From positions 216,038 through 248,037 of the forward strand of contig NZ_CP072524.1 of assembly GCF_017753665.1 (NCBI RefSeq): a stretch of DNA of 32,000 nt, written 5' to 3'. This DNA is from Neisseria sicca. GTDB taxonomy: Bacteria > Pseudomonadota > Gammaproteobacteria > Burkholderiales > Neisseriaceae. Under the pieces are notes generated by a model that saw only the letters and a program-made list of their open reading frames with translations, did not search any database and was not told the origin of the DNA. A program made the position numbers and the translations under genes. This document shows positions 1 to 9,927 of this stretch, in pieces. The stretch's first letter is position 1. Every line of letters starts with the position of its first letter.

Positions 1-287
1 ACGTCGCCACCAGCCCCAAAGCCTGCTACGCCGCCAAATATGAAACAAACTGCATCGCCGAAGCTGACGAAGTGCGCATCGTGGCGGACGGCGATGTCGT
101 TGCATTCTGCCAAAACATGGAGCGTAAAATCCGCGCGCGCCATTACTACCTTTCACCCTGCGAACAAAACGGCGTGATGAACATCTACGACACCATCCGC
201 CAAATCGGTATTTTAAACAGCCGCCCCGACGCGCCCGTGCATTGGCAGTTGAGCGTGCAGACACACAAATGGGCGGGGATAGAGTAG
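1..287 (+). CDS. 3' end of an unidentified protein-coding gene (partial, enters from upstream of the window)
   Basis: Frame 3 is open from the window edge to TAG at 285-287. The listed ORF 72-287 is only its Met-initiated tail. A DUS-pair hairpin follows at 356-392. No family recognised. Confidence 0.4.
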   Translation, partial: VATSPKACYAAKYETNCIAEADEVRIVADGDVVAFCQNMERKIRARHYYLSPCEQNGVMNIYDTIRQIGILNSRPDAPVHWQLSVQTHKWAGIE

Positions 288-355
288 GGGAATAGTAAAG
301 AATCAAACGCCAACCTAATACGCAAATATCACTCTTCTAAATCCGTATGTGATTG

Positions 356-392
356 AAAAAGGTCGTCTGAAACTTTTCAGACGACCTTTTTT
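356..392 (+). terminator. Rho-independent terminator formed by an inverted DUS pair
   Basis: aaaaaGGTCGTCTGAAActtTTCAGACGACCtttttt: perfect stem followed by a T-run. Confidence 0.75.
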
Positions 393-646
393 GCGGCTGT
401 CGGGTTTGTTTGATAAAAAATGAAAGGCAGAAATCAATACAGATGGAAATGACGTATTGGAAAAGATGTAAATTATTTGATTCTTTTTCGACTGTTCAAT
501 ATACTCCGACCGCTTTATTTCATCTTATTACGAAAAATTGATAGAAGTTCTCATTTTATGACACAAAAAGCCATTTACTGTCGATTTGCGTAAGGAGGCT
601 TTGAGCTCCGCCGCCATTCGGAATGGCTGAATAACTAGGAGACACC

Positions 647-2818
647 ATGCCATTATCTAAATTTCGTCCGGCGCGTTTGCCGGTTGCCGTTGCTGCGGCA
701 CTTTTATCCGCCTATTCCTTCGGTGCAGGGGATGGGGTTGAGCAGGTTGATTTGCCTACCGTCCAAGTAAAGGGCATCGGCAAACAGACGACCACCAACT
801 ACACCATTCCCGCCTCCTCCGCTGCTACGGGCATCCGCCTGACCCAACGCGAAACGCCGCAGTCTTTGTCTGTCGTTACCGAAAAACAAATGGATGACCA
901 AGGTTTGGATACCTTGCAGGACGTGTTGAAACAAACACCGGGCGTGTTCCACAGCAAAATGGGCAACAATGTCTCCGGCCACAGCGAGTTTATTTCGCGC
1001 AGTCAGGCGATTGACAGCATTTCCGTGGACGGCGCGCCCAAATTCCTTTACGACGGTAAAGCCATCCGCCGCGGCACCAACAATCTGGACAGCGCATTGT
1101 ACGAACAAGTCGTCGTCGTGCGCGGCGCAAGCGGTTTGTCTAACGGCGGCATGGGCGAACCGGGCGGTACGGTTGCTTTGGAACGTAAAAAACCGACTGC
1201 CAAACCTGCCGTCAGCGTGGAAGCCGGAGTCGGTTCGTGGAAACACTACCGCTTCGTCCTTGATGCCAATCATCCTTTGAATGCCGACAATACCTTGCGC
1301 GGCCGCGCTATTTTGGTCAGCGACCACGGCGGCGATTATCTGCCGAACACATCGCGCCACAATCACACTTTCTACGGCATTCTGTCTTACGATCTCACGC
1401 CGCAAACCCACTGGCGCCTCGGTACGGAAATACACCGTTTCCGCAATACCGGCAGCTCTCCTTTCAGCTATCTGACCGTAGCGGGAGACCCTGAAAACAA
1501 TCAACCTTTCAAACCGTTTGCAGCCTCTCCACGCAGCAATTCCTCGGCAAAATGGGCTTACGGTAAAGAAAACAGTGCGGAAATCTTCACCTCTATCAAT
1601 CATGAGTTTGAAAACGGTTGGGCTCTGAACGGCAACTACAGCCATACTTATGGAAAAAGTGATGCAGTTTCCGGTATAGCCGGTCCTTTTATCATTTATC
1701 CGGACTATTCCGCTAAATTTGTTGCCGAGCGCGACCAAGCCAAGTACGCCGACCAAGATTTTTCTCTGAGTTTGGACGGCGATTACTCGCTTTTGGGACG
1801 CAAACATGAATTCAATGCCGGCATCAGCTATCAGTACAATAAGGAAACTCCTTCATATTACGAAGAAAATGAAGACGGTGTTGTCCCTGATTTGCGCCTT
1901 TTTGACGGAAATTTCACAAAACCGTCCATACCTTACCTTCGCGACGGCTTTGCCCATATGAAAAACCTCTCTGTTTACGGTTCGACCCGTTTCAAACTGA
2001 CCGACAGGCTGGCATTGATAGGCGGCGGACGGTTTGTCGATTGGCAATACCGCTACAGTTCCGATCGCAACCATTTTGCCGACAGCAGGCATAAAAACAA
2101 GGTATTTATCCCCTATTTGGGCGCAAGTTATGATTTAAACGACAATCTGACAGCCTACACCTCCTATACCACCATATTCCGCCCGCAAGTGCGCTATTTG
2201 GATCAAAACGGCAAACCGCTCGAACCGCAACGCGGCAAAACATATGAACTCGGCTTAAAAGCCTCGTGGTTTGAAGGCCGTTTGAACGCTTCTGCGGCCG
2301 CATTTATGAACAAACGCGACCATTTGGGCGTGGTTGCAGGCAAATTCGCGAATGGTAAGAAATACTACCGTGCAGCCGACAACACTACAACAAAAGGCGT
2401 CGAACTCTCTGTCGGCGGACGCCTGAGCGACAAATGGCTGCTTAATGCTTCCTATGCGTACTCCAAACTCAAAAATGATTCGGGCAATGTGGTCAACCCT
2501 TCTTATCCTGCCCACCTTTTCAAACTCTTCACGGCGTATGACGTTACCGACCGCCTAAACTTGGGTGCAAACGTCAACTGGCAAAGCGGTACAAACGCCT
2601 ATGATGAATACCAGCCCTTCACCGCTGCCGGTAAAGAAGCACTGACCCAACGCCCATACGCTACGCTGGACTTGACCGCGCATTACAAAATCGGCAAATC
2701 CACCCGCATCGGTTTGGACTTTGAAAACGTGTTCAACAAACGCTACCGCCCCATGCCTGATATCCACGTTTACGGCACGCCGCGCAGCCTGACTGCTACG
2801 CTGAAACACACGTTCTAA
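647..2818 (+). CDS. TonB-dependent siderophore receptor (FhuE/FpvA-like outer-membrane transporter)
   Basis: 723 aa. Has an N-terminal signal peptide, a TonB-box-like DLPTVQVKG, a plug-domain motif (RETPQSLSVVT...DVLKQTPGV), beta-barrel-like repeats and a C-terminal aromatic residue (..TLKHTF). RBS is taGGAGacaccATG. Confidence 0.9.
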   Translation: MPLSKFRPARLPVAVAAALLSAYSFGAGDGVEQVDLPTVQVKGIGKQTTTNYTIPASSAATGIRLTQRETPQSLSVVTEKQMDDQGLDTLQDVLKQTPGVFHSKMGNNVSGHSEFISRSQAIDSISVDGAPKFLYDGKAIRRGTNNLDSALYEQVVVVRGASGLSNGGMGEPGGTVALERKKPTAKPAVSVEAGVGSWKHYRFVLDANHPLNADNTLRGRAILVSDHGGDYLPNTSRHNHTFYGILSYDLTPQTHWRLGTEIHRFRNTGSSPFSYLTVAGDPENNQPFKPFAASPRSNSSAKWAYGKENSAEIFTSINHEFENGWALNGNYSHTYGKSDAVSGIAGPFIIYPDYSAKFVAERDQAKYADQDFSLSLDGDYSLLGRKHEFNAGISYQYNKETPSYYEENEDGVVPDLRLFDGNFTKPSIPYLRDGFAHMKNLSVYGSTRFKLTDRLALIGGGRFVDWQYRYSSDRNHFADSRHKNKVFIPYLGASYDLNDNLTAYTSYTTIFRPQVRYLDQNGKPLEPQRGKTYELGLKASWFEGRLNASAAAFMNKRDHLGVVAGKFANGKKYYRAADNTTTKGVELSVGGRLSDKWLLNASYAYSKLKNDSGNVVNPSYPAHLFKLFTAYDVTDRLNLGANVNWQSGTNAYDEYQPFTAAGKEALTQRPYATLDLTAHYKIGKSTRIGLDFENVFNKRYRPMPDIHVYGTPRSLTATLKHTF

Positions 2819-2829
2819 ATAGGCAAAAG

Positions 2830-2876
2830 AAAAGGTCGTCTGAAAAACCCGATTTGAGATTTTCAGACGACCTTTA
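2830..2876 (+). terminator. Inverted DUS pair hairpin terminator downstream of the receptor gene
   Basis: aaaaGGTCGTCTGAAAAacccgatttgagaTTTTCAGACGACCttt. Confidence 0.7.
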
Positions 2877-2881
2877 TGTTT

Positions 2882-3009
2882 CTATAGCAAGCATACTTAA
2901 CTTTAATACGGTATATCATTAAATTCCGTCATTCCCATCCTCGCGTAGGCGGGGGCGGGAATGACGATAAGAGATAAGTTGCGTATCGAAAAAAGTTATT
3001 CAGCTATAT
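2882..3009. repeat. MITE-like intergenic repeat of about 120 bp with a dRS3/NIME-type core (ATTCCC...GGGAAT)
   Basis: The core is cgtcATTCCCatcctcgcgtaggcgggggcGGGAATgacg. The whole element recurs inverted at 27088-27206, and its right half recurs at 7699-7775. Ends are TATAGC / GCTATA. Confidence 0.7.
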
Positions 3010-3024
3010 CAATCCGTCAGGCGT

Positions 3025-4089
3025 TTACAGGTTGGGATTGACGATGATTTTAACGGCGGATTCGTTGTTGTGAATCAGACGCTCGAAGCCTTCTGAAATC
3101 AGCTCGTCCAGCTTGATGCGCTGGGTGATGAAAGGTTCAAGGTTGATTTTGCCTTCTTCCACCAGTTTGATGGTTTCGGCGTGGTCGTTGCAGTAGGCGA
3201 TGGTGCCGCGCACGTCCAGCTCTTTCATCACGACGCTGTGGACGTTGATGGTGGCGGGGTGGCTCCAAATGGATACGATAACGACTTTCGCAGTCGGGCG
3301 GCAGGCTTCGACCATGGTGTCCAGCACTTTGTTGACGCTGGTGCATTCGAATGCGACGTCCACGCCTTCGCCGTTGGTCAGTTTTTTCACTTCTTTGACG
3401 ACATCGACTTCAGACGGGTCGAGGATGTAGTCGGCAACGCCGGATTCGCGGGCTTTATCTTTGCGCGCTTTGCTCAATTCGGTGATGATGACTTTGATGC
3501 CTTTGGCTTTCAAAACGGCGGCAAGCAGCAAACCGATCGGACCTGCGCCACCGACCAATGCGACGTCGCCTGCTTTCGCGCCGCTGCGGACGTAGGCGTG
3601 ATGGCCGACGGACAGAGGCTCAATCAAAGCGGCTTGGTCTAACGGGATTTTGTCGGAAATCGGATGCACCCAGCGGCGTTTGACGGCGATTTTTTCGGCA
3701 AGGCCGCCACCGCAGCCGCCCAAGCCGATGAAGTTCATGTCTTTGGAGAGGTGGTAGTTGCTGCCTTCGCCGGTCGGTACGTCATCGCGGATGATGTAGG
3801 GTTCGACCACTACGTGTTGTCCGACTTTGAGGTCGTCCACGCCTTCGCCGACGGCATAAACCACGCCGGAGAACTCGTGTCCCATCGTTACGGGTGCGGA
3901 CTCGCCGGAAATCGGGTGCGGATGGCCGCAGGGCGGAATGAAAATCGGACCTTCCATAAATTCGTGCAGGTCGGTACCGCAGATGCCGCACCAGGCGACG
4001 TTGATGCCGACGGTGCCGGGGGCGACGGTCGGTTCGGGGATGTCTTCGATGCGGATGTCGCCTTTATCGTAAAAACGTGCTGCTTTCAT
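3025..4089 (-). CDS. Zinc-dependent (R,R)-2,3-butanediol dehydrogenase / acetoin reductase (MDR family)
   Basis: 354 aa. Aligns along its whole length with my recollection of B. subtilis BdhA (MKAAR...WCGICG[TS]DLHE...GPIFIP...HP...APVTMGHEFSG...VGEGV). Carries the GHE zinc motif and a GxGxxG NAD fold (GGAGPIG). Confidence 0.9.
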   Translation of the reverse strand: MKAARFYDKGDIRIEDIPEPTVAPGTVGINVAWCGICGTDLHEFMEGPIFIPPCGHPHPISGESAPVTMGHEFSGVVYAVGEGVDDLKVGQHVVVEPYIIRDDVPTGEGSNYHLSKDMNFIGLGGCGGGLAEKIAVKRRWVHPISDKIPLDQAALIEPLSVGHHAYVRSGAKAGDVALVGGAGPIGLLLAAVLKAKGIKVIITELSKARKDKARESGVADYILDPSEVDVVKEVKKLTNGEGVDVAFECTSVNKVLDTMVEACRPTAKVVIVSIWSHPATINVHSVVMKELDVRGTIAYCNDHAETIKLVEEGKINLEPFITQRIKLDELISEGFERLIHNNESAVKIIVNPNL

Positions 4090-4271
4090 TGTAACACTCC
4101 TTGTTTTGAGGTTGGAAAGAAAGGTCGTCTGAAAGGTAGGACGGCTTTTCAGGGAAGGGTAGGTGTGCGCTTGAATGACGACAGTTTTTATTATCGGCAG
4201 GGTTTGTGTCGTTTGATTGCTGTTATTTTAATACTTTTTGCTTTGGCCGGCAGGCCGTATTTTGAATAAAC

Positions 4272-4320
4272 AAAAAGAGGTCGTCTGAAAACCTTGTTTC
4301 TAGGTTTTCAGACGACCTTT
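4272..4320 (-). terminator. Inverted DUS pair terminator downstream of glnA
   Basis: On the minus strand: AGGTCGTCTGAAAACC-loop-GGTTTTCAGACGACCTctttttg. Confidence 0.75.
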
Positions 4321-4345
4321 CGTTTAGCCTGACTGGAAATGCGGA

Positions 4346-5764
4346 TTACAGGCTGTAATACATTTCAAATTCCAACGGATGCGGCGCCATGCGGATTCGG
4401 CGTACGTCTTCTTCTTTGAAGGTGATGTAGCTGTCGATCCAGTCTTTGCTGAACACGCCGCCGCGCAGCAGAAATTCGTGGTCGGCTTTGAGGGCGGCGA
4501 GGGCTTCTTCCAAAGAGGCGCAGACGGTTGGGACGAGTGCGTCTTCTTCCGGCGGCAGGTCGTAGAGGTTTTTATCGGCAGGGTCGCCCGGATGGATTTT
4601 GTTTTGGATGCCGTCCAAACCCGCCATCAGCAGGGCGGCGAACGCCAAGTATGGGTTGGCGGTCGGGTCGGGGAAACGCGCTTCGATGCGGCGTGCCTTG
4701 CTGCTGTTCACGGACGGGATGCGGATGGACGCGGAACGGTTTTTGGCAGAGTAGGCAAGCTTGGTCGGTGCTTCGAAGTGCGGCACGAGGCGTTTGTAGG
4801 AGTTGGTGGACGGATTAGTAATCGCGTTCAGGGCTTTGGCGTGTTTGATGATGCCGCCGATGTAGTAGAGCGCGGTGTCGCTCAAGCCGGCGTAGCCGTC
4901 GCCTGCGAACAGGTTTTGACCGTCTTTCCAGATGGATTGGTGGACGTGCATACCGCTGCCATTGTCGCCCATGATGGGTTTGGGCATGAAGGTAGCGGTT
5001 TTGCCGAAGTTGTGGGCAACGTTTTGGATGACGTATTTCATGTCTTGGGTTTGGTCGGCACGTTTGACCAAGGTGGCGAAGCGCGTGCCGATTTCCATTT
5101 GGCTGCCGGTACCGACTTCGGCGTGGTGGACTTCGACTTCGATGCCGAGTTCTTCCAAGATGTTCACCATGGCGGAGCGCAGGTCTTGTCCGGCGTCAAT
5201 CGGGGCGACGGGGGCGTAGCCGCCTTTGACGGCAGGGCGGTGGCCGGTGTTTTGACCGTCCATGTGCAGGCCGCTTGCCCATGCGCCGCTTTCGGACGTG
5301 ATTTCGTAACGGGTTTTGTGCATATCGGTTTCAAACTCTACACCGTCGAAGACGAAGAATTCAGGTTCGGGGCCGAAGTAGGCAGTGTCGCCGATGCCGG
5401 AGGATTTGAGGTAGGCTTCGGCGCGGCGGGCGATGGAGCGCGGGTCGCGGTCGTAGCCTTGACCGTCGGCGGGGTCGATGACGTCGCAGGTGAGGACGAC
5501 GGTGGTATCGTCGTAGAAGGGGTCGATGAAGGCAGTCGCAGGGTCGGGACGCAACTGCATGTCGGATGCCTGAATGCCTTTCCAGCCGCCTATGGACGAG
5601 CCGTCAAACGCCTGACCGTTTTCAAACCACTCTTCGGGGTCGTCGAGGACGATGCGGGCGGGGACGGTGAAGTGGTGCTGCTTGCCTTTGGTATCGGTAA
5701 AGCGCAAATCTACGAAGCGGGCTTCGCTTTCTTCAATCAGTTTTACTGCGTCTTTGATAGACAT
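4346..5764 (-). CDS. glnA: Glutamine synthetase type I
   Basis: 472 aa with classic GSI motifs ([43 protein letters not shown]). Confidence 0.97.
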   Translation of the reverse strand: MSIKDAVKLIEESEARFVDLRFTDTKGKQHHFTVPARIVLDDPEEWFENGQAFDGSSIGGWKGIQASDMQLRPDPATAFIDPFYDDTTVVLTCDVIDPADGQGYDRDPRSIARRAEAYLKSSGIGDTAYFGPEPEFFVFDGVEFETDMHKTRYEITSESGAWASGLHMDGQNTGHRPAVKGGYAPVAPIDAGQDLRSAMVNILEELGIEVEVHHAEVGTGSQMEIGTRFATLVKRADQTQDMKYVIQNVAHNFGKTATFMPKPIMGDNGSGMHVHQSIWKDGQNLFAGDGYAGLSDTALYYIGGIIKHAKALNAITNPSTNSYKRLVPHFEAPTKLAYSAKNRSASIRIPSVNSSKARRIEARFPDPTANPYLAFAALLMAGLDGIQNKIHPGDPADKNLYDLPPEEDALVPTVCASLEEALAALKADHEFLLRGGVFSKDWIDSYITFKEEDVRRIRMAPHPLEFEMYYSL

Positions 5765-6007
5765 TTTCGGCTCCTAATGGGAAGTAACGGATACGCAATC
5801 TCGAGGAAAATCTGCTGCATTTTATCATGCCGAAGGTCGTCTGAAACCGCAAATCCGTTAAATTTCTGACTTGCGGAATATAGTTTCAGACGACCTGATT
5901 GTCAACAATCCGATGCGTATTTGGATTTATTGGAAAACAGCGGTATGAGGCGGCAAAGGCGGTTATAATGGGCGGTCTTTGCATTTGTCCTGCCGGATAG
6001 GATTTTT

Positions 6008-6817
6008 ATGAACACTGCTCCCCGTTATGCCGTTTTCGGCAACCCCGTCGCACACAGCAAATCGCCGCAAATCCATCGGCAGTTTGCCTTGCAGGAAGGC
6101 GTTGAAATCGAATATGAACGAATTTGCGCCGACATCGGCGGTTTCGCGCAGGCAGTTGAAGCGTTTTTTGCCGACGGCGGGCGCGGGGCGAATGTTACCG
6201 TACCGTTCAAGCAGGAAGCGTTTGCCTTGTCGGACGAACATTCCGAACGCGCTTTGGCGGCAGGTGCGGTCAATACGCTGATTTTGCTGGAAAACGGTAA
6301 AATACGCGGTGACAATACCGACGGGCTCGGACTGACGGACGATATTTCAAAGAGGCTGGGCGTGGAACTGTCGGGCAAAACCGTCTTGCTGCTCGGCGCG
6401 GGCGGCGCGGTGCGCGGCGTGATTCCCGTATTGAAGGAATACCGCCCCGCGCGCATCGTTATCGCCAACCGAACCCACGCCAAAGCGGCGGAAATGGCGG
6501 CGCATTTCGATATTGAAGCCGTACCTTTGGATGAACTGGAAGGCGGCTTCGACATCATCATCAACGGTACATCCGGCGGCTTAAGCGGACAGCTTCCCGC
6601 CGTGTCGCCGAAAATTTTTGAACATTGCACTTTGGCTTACGATATGGTTTACGGCGAGGTGGCAGAGCCGTTTTTAGCGTTTGCCCGCCAATCAGGCGCC
6701 AAACAAACCGCCGACGGATTGGGTATGCTGGTCGGACAGGCGGCAGCTTCCTACCGTCTTTGGCGCGGCTTTGCGCCCGATGTCCTGCCCGTCGTCCAAT
6801 ATATGAGAGAGTTATAA
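6008..6817 (+). CDS. aroE: Shikimate 5-dehydrogenase
   Basis: 269 aa. Matches the AroE family signature ([17 protein letters not shown]...NVTVPFK...NTD) and has a GAGGA NADP fold. Confidence 0.95.
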   Translation: MNTAPRYAVFGNPVAHSKSPQIHRQFALQEGVEIEYERICADIGGFAQAVEAFFADGGRGANVTVPFKQEAFALSDEHSERALAAGAVNTLILLENGKIRGDNTDGLGLTDDISKRLGVELSGKTVLLLGAGGAVRGVIPVLKEYRPARIVIANRTHAKAAEMAAHFDIEAVPLDELEGGFDIIINGTSGGLSGQLPAVSPKIFEHCTLAYDMVYGEVAEPFLAFARQSGAKQTADGLGMLVGQAAASYRLWRGFAPDVLPVVQYMREL

Positions 6818-6818
6818 A

Positions 6819-7520
6819 ATGTTCCGCATCATCAAATGGCTGATTGCCCTGCCTTTGGGCGCATTTATCTTTTTCAACGCTTATGTGTACGGCAACATCA
6901 TCACTTACCGCGCCGTCGCGCCGAATAAAACCGCCTTCATGGCGATGCGGATGCGGCAGTTTCAAAGCGAAGGCAAAGATGTCGCGCTCGATTACCGCTG
7001 GGTGCCTTACGACCGCATTTCGGTTAATCTGAAAAAAGCCCTGATTGCCTCCGAAGACGCCAAATTCGCCGAACACGGCGGCTTCGACTGGGGCGGCATC
7101 CAATACGCCATCAAGCGCAACAAACAAAGCGGCGAAGTCAAAGCAGGCGGCTCGACCATCAGCCAACAGCTTGCTAAAAACCTGTTTCTGAACGAAAGCC
7201 GCAGCTATGTCCGCAAAGGCGAAGAAGCCGCGATTACCGCGATGATGGAAGCCGTTACCGACAAAGACCGCATTTTCGAGCTGTATCTGAACGCCATCGA
7301 ATGGCACTACGGCGTATTCGGCGCAGAAGCCGCGTCCCAGTATTTCTACAAAAGACCCGCCGCCAACCTGACCAAACAGCAGGCCGCCAAACTCGCCGCC
7401 CGCGTCCCCGCGCCGCTGTTTTACGCCGACAACCCCAAAAGCAAACGCCTGCGCAACAAAACCAACATCATCCTGCGCCGTATGGGTTCGGCAGAACTGC
7501 CCGAAAGTGATCTGGATTGA
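6819..7520 (+). CDS. mtgA: Monofunctional biosynthetic peptidoglycan transglycosylase
   Basis: 233 aa with an N-terminal TM helix and GT51 motifs (ASEDAKFAEHGGFD, GGSTISQQLAKN). The start lies 1 nt after the aroE stop, so the two are probably an operon. Confidence 0.95.
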   Translation: MFRIIKWLIALPLGAFIFFNAYVYGNIITYRAVAPNKTAFMAMRMRQFQSEGKDVALDYRWVPYDRISVNLKKALIASEDAKFAEHGGFDWGGIQYAIKRNKQSGEVKAGGSTISQQLAKNLFLNESRSYVRKGEEAAITAMMEAVTDKDRIFELYLNAIEWHYGVFGAEAASQYFYKRPAANLTKQQAAKLAARVPAPLFYADNPKSKRLRNKTNIILRRMGSAELPESDLD

Positions 7521-7561
7521 GGTCGTCTGAAAACCTGAAACATGGTTTCAGACGACCTTTG
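7519..7561 (+). terminator. Inverted DUS pair hairpin downstream of mtgA
   Basis: gAGGTCGTCTGAAAACCtgaaacatGGTTTCAGACGACCTtt. The T-run is short. Confidence 0.6.
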
Positions 7562-7621
7562 CGTAACTGTAACCTTGTTTGCCGTATCACATATACCACT
7601 TATCCGAATACTTTTTCCGTT

Positions 7622-7775
7622 ATTCCTGTGCAGGCGGGAATCCATTTTTGAAATTCAGAAATCTTTTTCAAATCAAAGTTTCTCAAGTTTTACGATGGAT
7701 TCCCGCCGTAGCCTGTCCTCGCGTAGGCGGGGGCGGGAATGATGACAATCGGTAAGTTGCGTGTCGAAAATAATA
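7622..7775. repeat. dRS3/NIME-type repeat cluster
   Basis: Contains ATTCCTGTGCAGGCGGGAAT (7622-7641) and ATTCCCgccgtagcctgtcctcgcgtaggcgggggcGGGAAT (7699-7740). The flank is homologous to the right half of the 2882-3009 element. Confidence 0.65.
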
Positions 7776-7829
7776 TAGTCCATAAGGACGTTGGCAACGC
7801 TGTATCATTGCAATTTTAATCCACTCCAG

Positions 7830-7888
7830 AAAACGCCCGTTTCGTCATCTTTACCCCGCCTGTGAGGGAATGACGAAACGGGCGTTTT
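7830..7888 (-). terminator. Long hairpin (19-bp perfect stem) immediately downstream of nadC
   Basis: AAAACGCCCGTTTCGTCAT-21 nt loop-ATGACGAAACGGGCGTTTT. T-runs follow on both strands, so it could act bidirectionally. Confidence 0.65.
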
Positions 7889-7928
7889 TGAATGGATTTT
7901 CTTTCTGCGCCGCTGTCTTCGGCGAAAT

Positions 7929-8810
7929 TTACGCCACGAAATCCAAACCTATGTCCAGCGATCGGCTGCTGTGGGTCAGATAGCCGAGGGCGATGCCGTC
8001 CACGCCGGTTTGCGCCACGCTCCGTAAGCGGTCGAAGCCGATGCCGCCCGATGCTTCGCAATAGATGGTGTGGGGGTGGGCGGTTTGCGTGTGGCAGCGG
8101 TTTGCCGCTTCTTTCAGGGTTTCGTCGTCCATATTGTCCAGCAAAATTCGTTCCGCGCCCGCTGCGATGGCTTCGTCCAGTTGTGCCAACGTGTCCACTT
8201 CGATTTCTACGCAAGTCAACGGTCCGACCGCCTGTTTTGCCTGCCGAACTGCTTGGGCGATGCTGTCGCAATAGGCGAGGTGGTTGTCTTTGATGAGCAC
8301 GGCGTCGTCCAAACCCATGCGGTGGTTCACGCCGCCGCCCGCCCTGACGGCGTATTTTTGCAGGACGCGCAGCAGGGGGATGGTTTTGCGGCTGCACACG
8401 ATGTCTGTGCCGTATTCGGCGACTTCGGCAACGGCACGCGCGGTGGCGGTGGCGATGCCGCTTAAGTGCGTGAGGTAGTTGAGCGCGGTGCGTTCGGCGG
8501 CGAGCAGCGCGCGGGCGTTGCCTTCTACGGCAGCCAGCGTCTGACCTGCACGGACGGCTTGCCCGTCTTGGATTTCGGTTTGGAAGCGGACGGACGGATC
8601 CATCGTCTGAAAGGCGAGGCGCGCCAAGTCCATGCCGGCGATGGCGCCGTCTTCGCGGCTGACGAGGAAGAGTTTGGCGGTTTTGTCGGGCGCGATGACG
8701 GCGGCGGACGTAATGTCGCCACGCCTGCCCAAATCTTCGCTCAGGGCTTGTTCGACTATGGGGCGCAGCAGGGTGTCGGGCAGGGGGAAGAGGGTGTCTT
8801 CAGACGACAT
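7929..8810 (-). CDS. nadC: Nicotinate-nucleotide pyrophosphorylase (quinolinate phosphoribosyltransferase)
   Basis: Matches the NadC family along its length (..ALSEDLG..GDITS.., ..LLDNM.., ..EASGGI..). I place the start at the ATG at 8810, preceded by aaGGAAaccccATG. The listed ORF start at 8855 adds 15 unlikely residues. Confidence 0.93.
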   Translation of the reverse strand: MSSEDTLFPLPDTLLRPIVEQALSEDLGRRGDITSAAVIAPDKTAKLFLVSREDGAIAGMDLARLAFQTMDPSVRFQTEIQDGQAVRAGQTLAAVEGNARALLAAERTALNYLTHLSGIATATARAVAEVAEYGTDIVCSRKTIPLLRVLQKYAVRAGGGVNHRMGLDDAVLIKDNHLAYCDSIAQAVRQAKQAVGPLTCVEIEVDTLAQLDEAIAAGAERILLDNMDDETLKEAANRCHTQTAHPHTIYCEASGGIGFDRLRSVAQTGVDGIALGYLTHSSRSLDIGLDFVA

Positions 8811-8884
8811 GGGGTTTCCTTTTTTGAAAAGATTGATGTTGCACCGATGGGGCAAAACTTCATTTGAGGTCGTCTGAAAACGGG

Positions 8885-9823
8885 CTAACGGCTGCCCAGC
8901 GGCAGTCCGATGTCCGAAATCAGCCTGTCGGGCAGGACGTCGTCGCGGAAGCGGTAAAGCTGTGCGGGACGGCCTTTGCTGCCCGATACGCCGGTATCCG
9001 ACGGTTCGATGAGGTTTTGCTGCTGAATCTGGCGGCGGAAGTTTTGCTTGTGCAGCAATCTGCCGCTGATGGCTTCGACGCTGTTTTGCAGTTGCAGCAG
9101 CGTGAATTCGGGCGGCATCAGTTCGAAAATTACGGGGCGGTATTTGATTTTGGCGCGCAGGCGGGAAAGGGCGGTTGCCAGCACGCGGCGGTGGTCGTGG
9201 CGCATGGGCTGCCCCGTGAGCGCGAAGTCGAAGTTTGCCTGCGGCTCGGCGGCCTCCGCTATCAGGCCGCTTTCATACAACATTTCATAGCGTTGCAAAA
9301 CGTATTCTTCCGACCAGTTTTCCGGTTCGACCCCCCAGCACAAATGAATGCGCTTGAGCCGCTTTTGGCGCACTTCCTCCGTGTCCGCCGAGTTTGCCCA
9401 AATGCGCAGGCGGCTGACGATGGTGTCGCGCTGTCCGCCGTCGGTGCGCAAGTCTTCCCACGGGAAATAGCCGTAGAAGTCCTGCCATTTCGCGTCAGGA
9501 TGCAGGATGCTGTCGGCTGCCTCGCGCACCAGCCCCAAATAGCTGACGTACAGTACGGGCATGCCGTGTTCGTTGCGGCGGTGGGTATCGACAAAGGTGT
9601 AAAGCTGTTCCACATAGCCCATAGGCTGCGAAGTCTGCTTGGCGACCCACAGCTTCACGCCCGCCTGCAGGGAATTGCGCAGGGGGGAGAGCGGGCCGTT
9701 GGGCAGGAGCGTGCCTTGGGCGACGGTCAACACCCGCAGACCGCCGTCGGTAACGGCAATCAATACGGGAACCAGCTCGACGATGCTTTGCGGCGGGGCT
9801 TCGGCTTCGGGGTAGGCATCCAT
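8885..9823 (-). CDS. nadQ: NadQ-like (COG4111) Nudix-related transcriptional regulator of NAD biosynthesis
   Basis: About 312 aa, lying between nadC and the divergently transcribed nadA-nadB. It has an N-terminal Nudix-like region (..LPNGPL.., ..YVSYLGL..) and a C-terminal winged-helix-like tail (..FTLLQLQNSVEAISGRLLHKQNFRR..). The start is ambiguous: ATG at 9823 or TTG at 9865. Confidence 0.7.
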   Translation of the reverse strand: MDAYPEAEAPPQSIVELVPVLIAVTDGGLRVLTVAQGTLLPNGPLSPLRNSLQAGVKLWVAKQTSQPMGYVEQLYTFVDTHRRNEHGMPVLYVSYLGLVREAADSILHPDAKWQDFYGYFPWEDLRTDGGQRDTIVSRLRIWANSADTEEVRQKRLKRIHLCWGVEPENWSEEYVLQRYEMLYESGLIAEAAEPQANFDFALTGQPMRHDHRRVLATALSRLRAKIKYRPVIFELMPPEFTLLQLQNSVEAISGRLLHKQNFRRQIQQQNLIEPSDTGVSGSKGRPAQLYRFRDDVLPDRLISDIGLPLGSR

Positions 9824-9927
9824 GCTCGGCTTTCTGCGGGTGGGAAAGGCTTTATTGTAAACCAAAGCGGTTTGTCGGAACGAAGCGGGTCGGTTTTGCG
9901 GTATCTCAAACCTGGTTTCAGACGACC

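Noticed and set aside
4379-5869. 496-aa ORF on the plus strand opposite glnA
   Set aside because: It is a mirror ORF opposite a confidently identified gene. Its composition is Gly/Val/Ala/Asp-rich and of low complexity, with no RBS or family resemblance. This is a typical antisense open frame in GC-biased coding DNA.
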